Origin: an uncultured Actinomycetota bacterium
GTDB taxonomy: Bacteria; Actinomycetota; Humimicrobiia; Humimicrobiales; Humimicrobiaceae
DNA: 64,000 nt
NCBI GenBank assembly: GCA_964563645.1
Contig: CAZLXJ010000055.1
Span: forward strand, 6,920-70,919
Direction of reading: 5' to 3'
Each line of letters starts with the position of its first letter. Position 1 is the first letter of the stretch. The notes under the pieces are model-generated. The model saw only the letters and a list, made by a program, of their open reading frames with translations, did not search any database and had not been told where the DNA came from. A program made the translations under genes and the position numbers. This document shows positions 55,685 to 64,000 of this stretch, in pieces.

Positions 55685-57013
55685 ATGGATTTGAATAAAG
55701 CATATATAGAAACATTTGGATGTCAGATGAACGAGTATGATTCTGAACGTATATTATATTACCTTGAAAAAATTGGATACAGGAGAATTTTATCTCCGGA
55801 TGCAGCAGATATCATAGTAATTAATACATGCGCTGTAAGGGAAAAAGCAGAAAACAGGCTATTCGGCCATCTTGGAAGATTTAAAAATATAAAGAAGAAT
55901 AGGGGAGACGATACTCTAATTTGCGTAGGCGGATGCGTCGCACAGAATATGGGTAAAGAATTACAGAAAATTTTTCCATTTGTTGATATAGTATTCGGAA
56001 CCCATAATATTTCAGAACTGCCACTGCTTGTAGAAAAAAGAATTGCTGGTGAAAAAAATGTATATTCCGTAATTGATAAAGGTTTGATTTATCCTCTTAA
56101 TGAAGCAAGAAGAATAAATAAATATAAAGCCCTGGTACCGGTTACAATAGGGTGTAATAATTTTTGCTCATACTGCATAGTTCCTTACGTAAGGGGAAGA
56201 GAGCGGTCCTTTGAACCCAATTCAATAATAGAATATATTAAAAAGCTTGTAGAAGAAGGTGTTATAGAAGTAACGCTTGTTGGTCAAAACGTAAACTCGT
56301 ATGGGAGGGATCTCGACCATAATATATATTTTTCAGAGCTTCTTGAAAAAGTCTCGGATATTGAAGGCCTTAAAAGAATAAGATTTATGACTTCTAATCC
56401 AAAAGATTTTTCAAAAGAGATTATATGGATACTAAAAGAAAGGGATAATATTGTAAATCACATACACCTGCCGCTTCAATCAGGTTCAAACAGGATTCTC
56501 AATTTGATGAGAAGAAGATACTCAAGAGAAGGATATCTGGATATTATAGAAAATATAAGAAATGCTGTTGATAACTGTTCTATAACCACTGATATTATAG
56601 TAGGTTTTCCGGGAGAAAAAAAAGAGGATTTTGATGATACCCTTGAAATTGTAAAAAAGGTGAGGTTTGCACGTGCATTTACTTTTATATATTCTCCCAG
56701 GAAAGGGACCGCTGCAGCATTAATGGACGATCCTGTACAAATGCCGGAAAAAAAGAAATGGTTTAAAGAGCTTATTGAGGTCCAGAACCGTATTTCCCTT
56801 GAAGTAAATGAAGAACATGTCGGGAGGAAGGTTAAAGTGTTAGTAGAGGGTTTAAGCCCTAAAAATAAAAAAATGATGGAGGGCAGGATGGAAAATAATA
56901 TGGTTGTAATATTCAGTGGAAGCAGGGATCTTGAAGGAAAAATTATTGACCTGAAAATTGAAGAAGCAATGTCCTTTTACCTGATTGGAAAAATGGCCGT
57001 TAAGGAAAATTGA
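55685..57013 (+). CDS. miaB: tRNA-i6A37 methylthiotransferase
   Basis: ETFGCQMNEYDSE, radical SAM CNNFCSYC, TRAM C-terminus. Confidence 0.9.
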   Translation: MDLNKAYIETFGCQMNEYDSERILYYLEKIGYRRILSPDAADIIVINTCAVREKAENRLFGHLGRFKNIKKNRGDDTLICVGGCVAQNMGKELQKIFPFVDIVFGTHNISELPLLVEKRIAGEKNVYSVIDKGLIYPLNEARRINKYKALVPVTIGCNNFCSYCIVPYVRGRERSFEPNSIIEYIKKLVEEGVIEVTLVGQNVNSYGRDLDHNIYFSELLEKVSDIEGLKRIRFMTSNPKDFSKEIIWILKERDNIVNHIHLPLQSGSNRILNLMRRRYSREGYLDIIENIRNAVDNCSITTDIIVGFPGEKKEDFDDTLEIVKKVRFARAFTFIYSPRKGTAAALMDDPVQMPEKKKWFKELIEVQNRISLEVNEEHVGRKVKVLVEGLSPKNKKMMEGRMENNMVVIFSGSRDLEGKIIDLKIEEAMSFYLIGKMAVKEN

Positions 57014-58059
57014 TCCCGGGGATGTATGCATCAAAAAATATAAACAAAGATAAAGTTATAACAGCACTAAAAACAGATTCCATTAAATTGGATATTCTTA
57101 TCGGCAAGCTTAAAAATGTTAAAAAAATTATTGTAATATGCGGTCCAACAGGCGTTGGGAAGAGCAAGCTGGGAATAATTATATCTGGTCTGCTGAATAC
57201 AGATTTAATCTCAGCCGATTCAATGCAGGTTTACCGTGGAATGGATATCGGCACAGATAAGATAAATACTGATTCTTATAGGATAAAGCAGTTTATGATA
57301 GATATTTTTGATCCAGACCATAAACTTACAGTTATGGAATTCAGAAATATCGCAGTTGATATAATAAATAGAGAATTTATAAATAAAAATAAAGTACCGG
57401 TTTTAGCAGGCGGATCTGGTCTATATATAAAGGCTGTCATTGACGGCCTGGATAAAGGGCCCGGAGAAAACAGCACCTTCAGGAAAGATATCAGAAAAAA
57501 TATAGAAAAGTACGGACTTGATAAATATTATAATATATTGTTAAGGATTGACAGGCCTTATGCCCTTCAGATAGATAAAAATGATATGAGAAGGATAATA
57601 AGAGCTCTTGAAGTATATGATCAATCAGGCTTACCATTTTCGGAGATGCAAAGATCGTGGAAGAAAAAAACATCTCTCAATGCAGTTTTTATAGGTTTAA
57701 AAAAGGAAAGGGAATCCCTTTACCGAGATATAGAAAAAAGGGTTGATGATATGTTTGAAAAAGGCCTTGTAAACGAGGCAAGGAAACTGCTAAAGGACGG
57801 ATACGGGCATGCGTTTAGCCTGAATCAGGCAGTCGGATATAAAGAAGTAATAGATTATCTGAAGGGTAATATAAGCCTTGAAGAATGCAGGAAACAAATC
57901 AAAAAAAATACCAGGAGACTCGCAAAGAAACAGATGACCTGGTTCAGGGGAGACAGGAGAGTTAATTGGCTCAGTGTAGATAAATATGATAATATGCTTG
58001 ACTTAGCAATAGAAACAATAAAAATAATTAATAGGGAATCAGAGTATGGAAAAATTTGA
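57010..58059 (+). CDS. miaA: tRNA dimethylallyltransferase
   Basis: ICGPTGVGKS P-loop, SADSMQVYRGMDIGT. The ~45-aa N-terminal extension in the track ORF may reflect a later non-ATG start. Confidence 0.85.
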   Translation: MIPGMYASKNINKDKVITALKTDSIKLDILIGKLKNVKKIIVICGPTGVGKSKLGIIISGLLNTDLISADSMQVYRGMDIGTDKINTDSYRIKQFMIDIFDPDHKLTVMEFRNIAVDIINREFINKNKVPVLAGGSGLYIKAVIDGLDKGPGENSTFRKDIRKNIEKYGLDKYYNILLRIDRPYALQIDKNDMRRIIRALEVYDQSGLPFSEMQRSWKKKTSLNAVFIGLKKERESLYRDIEKRVDDMFEKGLVNEARKLLKDGYGHAFSLNQAVGYKEVIDYLKGNISLEECRKQIKKNTRRLAKKQMTWFRGDRRVNWLSVDKYDNMLDLAIETIKIINRESEYGKI

Positions 58060-58900
58060 GTTTTCAAAATTTAACGGGCAGGGTAATGATTTTGTAATAA
58101 TTGATGGAGTAAGCAGTAGGATATCTTTTTCAGAGGATCAAATAAAAAACATATGTGACAGACATTTCGGTATTGGTGCAGACGGACTGATAATCGTAAG
58201 AAAGTCGAAAAAAGCAGATTTCTTCATGGATTATTATAATATGGATGGCAGTATAGCCGGGATGTGCGGAAACGGTATTAGATGCATGTCCGCTTTCATA
58301 TATGAAAATGGGTTGAACAGCAGCAACAGATTATGCATAGACACCCCGGCAGGACAGAGGAATATTGAAATGGAGATAACAGACGGCATACCTGGAAATA
58401 TAAGAGTTGATATGGGCAGACCTATTTTTAAGCCGGATGAAATACCGGTTAATATAGATTCTCCTGAAGTTTTTGGATACAGGCTTTCAACAGAAATTGG
58501 TGATTTTGATATAAACTGTGTTTCAATAGGTAACCCTCATTGCATTATATATATAGGTGATGATGAAGACCTCCAAAATATACCGCTTGATATATGGGGG
58601 CCTGCCATTGAAAAAAATCCTGTTTTCCCAGAAAAGACAAATGTTGAATTCCTTAAAATAATAGATATAAATCAGATAGATATGAGGGTATGGGAAAGAG
58701 GAGTGGGCGAGACCCTTGCCTGCGGGACAGGAGCATGTGCTTCAGGGGTATGTTCTATAAAACTGGGAAGGATTGGCCCATCAAATGTAAGGGTTAATGT
58801 TCCCGGTGGAATTTTGTATGTGTCATGGGAAAGTCCGGATGGTACAGTATTTCTTGAGGGTGTGGTAGGGCATTCATTTGATGGAGTTTACTACTTTTAA
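58046..58900 (+). CDS. dapF: Diaminopimelate epimerase
   Basis: GQGNDFVIID, CGNGIRC, ACGTGACA. Confidence 0.9.
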   Translation: MEKFEFSKFNGQGNDFVIIDGVSSRISFSEDQIKNICDRHFGIGADGLIIVRKSKKADFFMDYYNMDGSIAGMCGNGIRCMSAFIYENGLNSSNRLCIDTPAGQRNIEMEITDGIPGNIRVDMGRPIFKPDEIPVNIDSPEVFGYRLSTEIGDFDINCVSIGNPHCIIYIGDDEDLQNIPLDIWGPAIEKNPVFPEKTNVEFLKIIDINQIDMRVWERGVGETLACGTGACASGVCSIKLGRIGPSNVRVNVPGGILYVSWESPDGTVFLEGVVGHSFDGVYYF

Positions 58901-58957
58901 CTCTAACTAAATTTTACTAAAAATTATTGATTTTTATGCAGGAAAGGAATTTATAGT

Positions 58958-60121
58958 ATGAAATTTGAAGAGTCCCGGAGACTAAGAGAACTGCCGCCTT
59001 ATTTATTTGCAGAAATAGATAAGATAATACGGGAAAAAAGAAGCCGGGGGATTGATGTAATAAGCCTTGGCATAGGGGATCCTGATATCCAAACTCCAGC
59101 AGGAATCATCAGGGAATTACAGAAAGAGGCAGAGAATCCTGAAAATCACCGCTACCCTTCAAGCTACGGCCTTGGTTATTTCAAAGAAGCAGTTGCAGAA
59201 TATTATTTGAAGAGATTTAAAATAGCCCTTGACCCCGAAACAGAGATTATTACGCTTATAGGGGCAAAAGAAGGCATTGCAAACATTGCATATGTTTTTA
59301 TTGATGAAGGAGATTATGTATTAATACCAGACCCATCTTATCCGGTATACTCTATTGGAACCACATTTGCGGGCGGCAAAATATATTCTATGCCCCTCAA
59401 GGAAGAAAATGATTATTTAATAGACCTGGATGGTATAGATCGAAAAATTGCTAAAAAAGCTAAATTAATGCATATAAATTACCCAAATAATCCTACATCT
59501 GCTGTCTGCAGCAGTGATTTTTTTGAAAGAATAGTAAGATTTGCAGAAAAAAATAACATAATAGTCTGTCATGATAATGCATATGCAGACACATATTTTG
59601 GCAATAGTAAACCGTATAGTTTCCTGAATGCGGAAGGCGCAAAAAATGTTGGAATAGAGTTTTATTCGCTTTCCAAGACATTTAACATGACCGGCTGGAG
59701 GATAGGCTGTGCTGTTGGAAACAGGGAAATAATATCCAGTCTGGGAAGATATAAGACAAATGTAGATTCAGGGGTTTTCAATTCCATTCAATATGCAGCA
59801 GCAGAAGCTTTTAAAAATTATGAAAAATACAGCAGCAATATTAGCCTTATCTATAAGAAGAGAAGAGAGATGACCGTTTCCATGCTTGATGATATAGGAA
59901 TTGATTATTATACTTCCAATGCTACTATATATGTATGGGCAAAAGTTCCAGAAGGTTATACATCAAGCTCCTTTGCTGAGTTAGTCCTTAATAAAGCTGA
60001 TGTAGTAATAACACCCGGCAGTGCATATGGGAAACATGGAGAGGGGTATTTTAGGATTTCGCTTACAATAGAAGATGTAAGGCTTAAAGAAGCACTTAAA
60101 AGGATTAAAGATTCTTTATAG
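58958..60121 (+). CDS. dapL: Class I aminotransferase, likely LL-diaminopimelate aminotransferase
   Basis: LPPYLFAEID, LGIGDPD, YSLSKTFNMTGWR (PLP Lys). Adjacent to dapF. Confidence 0.6.
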   Translation: MKFEESRRLRELPPYLFAEIDKIIREKRSRGIDVISLGIGDPDIQTPAGIIRELQKEAENPENHRYPSSYGLGYFKEAVAEYYLKRFKIALDPETEIITLIGAKEGIANIAYVFIDEGDYVLIPDPSYPVYSIGTTFAGGKIYSMPLKEENDYLIDLDGIDRKIAKKAKLMHINYPNNPTSAVCSSDFFERIVRFAEKNNIIVCHDNAYADTYFGNSKPYSFLNAEGAKNVGIEFYSLSKTFNMTGWRIGCAVGNREIISSLGRYKTNVDSGVFNSIQYAAAEAFKNYEKYSSNISLIYKKRREMTVSMLDDIGIDYYTSNATIYVWAKVPEGYTSSSFAELVLNKADVVITPGSAYGKHGEGYFRISLTIEDVRLKEALKRIKDSL

Positions 60122-60166
60122 AAGAATTTAAAAATTTTTAATAGGTGTATTTAAGATTTATACTAT

Positions 60167-61459
60167 ATGATAAAAGAAAAAGCGCTTTTAATATTCATTG
60201 AATTTATAGGTAATACAAAAAAAGAAGGCAGGGTAAAGAGAGGGAAATATTCAAATAAAGATAATATTGAAGAGTTATCCAACCTTACAATTAGTGCAGG
60301 TGCAGAAATTGAAAAAGTCCTTACTTATAAACAGGAAAAACCAAATCCAAAATATTTTATCAGCAGCGGAAGGCTTAATAATATAAAGGGTATTTTAGAA
60401 GAAGAAAATATTGAACTTATTATTTTTGATGATGAAATAACTCCCACACAGCAGAGAAATCTGCAGGGTAAATTAAATAAGAAGGTTCTGGACAGGACTG
60501 CGCTTATCCTTGATATATTTGCGCAGAGAGCAAATAGCAGGGAAGGTAAATTACAGGTTGAGCTTGCGCAATTAGATTATCTTCTCCCAAGATTGACGGG
60601 AAGGGGAATAGAACTTTCAAGACTTGGCGGCGGAATAGGTACGAGGGGCCCCGGAGAGACAAAACTTGAGGTAGATAGAAGGAAAATTAGAAATAGAATT
60701 ACCAGTCTGAAAAAAAAGATTGATAAAATATCTGTTCAGAGGGAAACACAGAGAAAAAGCAGGGAAAATAATATTTTTCAGATATCACTTGTAGGATATA
60801 CGAACAGTGGTAAATCCACTCTTCTAAATTCTCTTACAAATTCTGAGGTTTATGTAAAAAACATGCTTTTTTCGACTCTTGATTCTACTACAAGAAAGTT
60901 AAATCTTGATATAAGACCAGAAGTTTTAATTACAGATACAGTGGGTTTTATTGATAAGCTCCCGCACCAGCTTATAGCAGCTTTTAAATCTACACTGGAG
61001 GAAGTAAGGATATCGGATCTAATGCTTATTATAGTTGATGCGAGCAATAATAATTTTGAATCAAATATATTAAGCGTGAAAAAAGTTTTGAAGGAAATTG
61101 ATGTATGGAGAAAACCTTTTTTTATAGTATTTAATAAAATTGACAAAATCCACCCTGAACTGTTAAAAAGACTGCGTTTCAAATACAGAAATTCAATTTT
61201 TGTTTCTGCTTTAAAAGGGACTGGCCTGGAAGAAATAAAATCAAAGATTAAAAAAATTATTGAAAAACATAATATGAATATAACAATAAGAATACCCTAT
61301 AACAATCAGAAAATTATTTCTTTTATATATGATAAATGCCATATTCTGGACAGGAAAGATTCAGAAACCGGTATTTTATTTGATCTTAATATAGAACCAA
61401 AATATAAAGACCAGCTTTTGCCGTTTATTTATAATAAAGAAAGAATAAAGATTTCTTAG
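60167..61459 (+). CDS. hflX: GTPase HflX
   Basis: LDIFAQRANSREGKLQVELAQL, GYTNSGKST, DTVGF, NKID. Confidence 0.9.
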   Translation: MIKEKALLIFIEFIGNTKKEGRVKRGKYSNKDNIEELSNLTISAGAEIEKVLTYKQEKPNPKYFISSGRLNNIKGILEEENIELIIFDDEITPTQQRNLQGKLNKKVLDRTALILDIFAQRANSREGKLQVELAQLDYLLPRLTGRGIELSRLGGGIGTRGPGETKLEVDRRKIRNRITSLKKKIDKISVQRETQRKSRENNIFQISLVGYTNSGKSTLLNSLTNSEVYVKNMLFSTLDSTTRKLNLDIRPEVLITDTVGFIDKLPHQLIAAFKSTLEEVRISDLMLIIVDASNNNFESNILSVKKVLKEIDVWRKPFFIVFNKIDKIHPELLKRLRFKYRNSIFVSALKGTGLEEIKSKIKKIIEKHNMNITIRIPYNNQKIISFIYDKCHILDRKDSETGILFDLNIEPKYKDQLLPFIYNKERIKIS

Positions 61460-62106
61460 AAATATTTTCTTATTATACCTATGACTTTTCCAAGGATTTT
61501 TATTTCCCTGACTACTACCGGTTCCATATGGTCATTTTCAGGTATTAGCTTTATTTCTGATTCACCTTTATAAAATCTTTTAACAGTAGCTTCATCTTCA
61601 AGCAGCGCAACTACTATCTCTCCGTTTATTGCTGTATTTTGCTTTCTTACTATTACCAGATCCCTGTCAAGGATGCCTGCGTTTACCATGCTGTCACCAT
61701 GGACGTTAAGCATAAATACATCGTGATTCCCCTTTACAAAATCCGGTGTTAAGGGAAAATAGTCTTCTATATTTTCTTCGGCTAGAATAGGTTTACCTGC
61801 AGCAACATTACCGATAATCGGAACAAATATTAGATTACCTGAGTGCAATTCAATGTTTTCATGTGCAGCTCTGTCTGTAGCTGTAAGTGAAAGTGCGCGG
61901 GGTTTTGACGCATCTCTTTTAAGATATCCCAATTCTTCCAATTTTTTTAAATGAGAATGAACAGTTGCAGATGAACTTAAGCCAACTGCTTTTGCAATCT
62001 CTCTTACCGATGGGGGATATCCTTCCTGTTTTATCTTGCTATTTATAAACTCCAGTATCTTTCTTTGCCTGAGGCCAATATTTGAATTTTGATCAGTGAA
62101 TTTCAT
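61456..62106 (-). CDS. lexA: LexA repressor, paralog 1 (canonical Gram-positive type)
   Basis: SVREIAKAVGLSSSATVHSHLKKLEELGYLKR, VAAGKP cleavage site, HGDSM, VKRF. The stop overlaps the hflX stop by 4 nt (convergent). Confidence 0.9.
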   Translation of the reverse strand: MKFTDQNSNIGLRQRKILEFINSKIKQEGYPPSVREIAKAVGLSSSATVHSHLKKLEELGYLKRDASKPRALSLTATDRAAHENIELHSGNLIFVPIIGNVAAGKPILAEENIEDYFPLTPDFVKGNHDVFMLNVHGDSMVNAGILDRDLVIVRKQNTAINGEIVVALLEDEATVKRFYKGESEIKLIPENDHMEPVVVREIKILGKVIGIIRKYF

Positions 62107-62143
62107 AATTTTTGACTATTATATCAAAAAAGCAGACCTGCAG

Positions 62144-62157
62144 CAAACAAAGGTTCG
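62144..62157 (-). promoter_or_regulatory. Cheo-type SOS box upstream of lexA paralog 1
   Basis: In lexA sense it reads CGAACCTTTGTTTG (GAAC-N4-GTTT), overlapping the -35 position of a TATAAT at 62123-62118. Confidence 0.55.
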
Positions 62158-62182
62158 CTTTTTTAAAATACATAAATGTAAA

Positions 62183-63226
<1,044 letters not shown>

Positions 63227-63312
63227 TTATATCAACAATAACAGTCATTTTAACAAAATAAGTAAAAAAAGTAATAATTTTTTTTAATTATAATGATTAA
63301 ACAAAAAAAATA

Positions 63313-63361
63313 TTGACACAAACATGTGTTCGGCTGTATTATATATACAAACATATGTTCG
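63313..63361 (+). promoter_or_regulatory. SOS-regulated promoter: TTGACA-N18-TATTAT with two Cheo-type LexA boxes
   Basis: Boxes CAAACATGTGTTCG (63319-63332, in the spacer) and CAAACATATGTTCG (63348-63361, just after the -10). The reverse complements fit CGAACRNRYGTTYG. Confidence 0.75.
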
Positions 63362-63408
63362 TAACAAATAATATAGATTTTTAAGTAATAAATTAAGAAG
63401 GTGAATAG

Positions 63409-63708
63409 ATGAAAAGGCAAATAGAAATAGGTATGAAAAAATTTTTTATGATAGTTTTGATAATAATAGTAAGTATACTGGTTATATTAGCTTTTTACAG
63501 CAACAGGTATAAATTTAATGGAATAAGTACTATAAGATATATGAAAGTCAGCATAAACGAAGAAATTAATATCAGCCAGCTGGCCGATAGATACTCAAAT
63601 CCTTATGAAAAAGATATATTCTTAAGTGAGTTGAAAAGAGTTAATAATTTATCAACAGATTCTATTTACGGGGGTACGGTTTTCATACCTGTATTTAAAT
63701 CGAATTAA
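63409..63708 (+). CDS. YneA-like SOS cell-division inhibitor (TM anchor + LysM-like domain)
   Basis: N-terminal TM helix. LysM-like ISQLADRYSNPYEKDIFLSELKRVNNLSTDSIYGGTVFIPV. Lies downstream of the dual LexA boxes. Confidence 0.65.
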   Translation: MKRQIEIGMKKFFMIVLIIIVSILVILAFYSNRYKFNGISTIRYMKVSINEEINISQLADRYSNPYEKDIFLSELKRVNNLSTDSIYGGTVFIPVFKSN

Positions 63709-63862
63709 TAGCGGAGTTAAATAAAAAAATATCGCCTTTTTTATTTTCACTGTTGAAGCATATGAAGATAAAATTATTTTTTATATTTATTATTTTTGAT
63801 TCAATTTTAATAAATGATATTATTATTTGATGTCCAACAATATTTTTAAGAAAGGATATTCA

Positions 63863-64000
63863 TTGATATTAATAAAAATACAGAAACTTGACGATAAATT
63901 AAAAACCCCTGAATATGCTCATAAGGGAGATGCGGGAATTGACCTTTACAGCTCAATAGATTGTGTTATAAGGCCGTTTGAGAGGGTTAAAGTACCTACA
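63863..64000 (+). CDS. dut: dUTP diphosphatase, 3'-partial at the window edge
   Basis: Hand translation LILIKIQKLDDKLKTPEYAHKGDAGIDLYSSIDCVIRPFERVKVPT. TTG start with an AAAGGA RBS. Confidence 0.7.
   Translation, partial: MILIKIQKLDDKLKTPEYAHKGDAGIDLYSSIDCVIRPFERVKVPT

Overview
AT-rich (by eye about one-third G+C, not computed), densely coding chromosomal segment from an anaerobic bacterium. Firmicutes-like or deep-branching traits include Cheo-type SOS boxes, SpoVS, RNase Y, an LCP protein and a PASTA-bearing PBP. No transposase, integrase, CRISPR array or rRNA was seen. Most of the window is housekeeping: feoB (partial), pncA-pncB NAD salvage, tRNA-Gly, thrS, infC-rpmI-rplT-pheS-pheT, a compact RpoD-family sigma factor, a complete argCJBDF-argR-argGH operon, class A PBP, tyrS, rny, spoVS, miaB-miaA, dapF-dapL, hflX, ilvC and dut (partial). 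Five things stand out. (1) An ORP-like cluster at 45.4-52.0 kb has 2x DUF134, an MBL hydrolase, 2x NifX-like proteins and two translationally coupled MinD-type ATPases with ferredoxin inserts. It lies directly upstream of a stand-alone [NiFe]-hydrogenase large-subunit homolog plus hypA, with no small subunit; this is my best candidate for an undescribed system. (2) There are two LexA paralogs. One sits in a canonical module with Cheo-like boxes and a YneA-like division inhibitor. The other heads a lexA-dnaE-dinB operon preceded by a different, 32-bp near-perfect palindrome. (3) Two paralogous ~450-490 aa radical-SAM enzymes bracket the infC..pheT block, one of them next to a PAS-domain gene relic. 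(4) A ferredoxin:thioredoxin-reductase-like/rubredoxin fusion is coupled to a glutaredoxin-like gene. (5) A MutL-like GHKL ATPase lies between rny and spoVS. Smaller items are an ATT-start infC with an attenuator-like leader, a NIF3-family gene split at a T7 tract, an orphan ABC ATPase with degenerate catalytic motifs, and a PAS/degenerate-GGDEF/HD-GYP protein. All family assignments come from motif recognition by eye; no database search was run.
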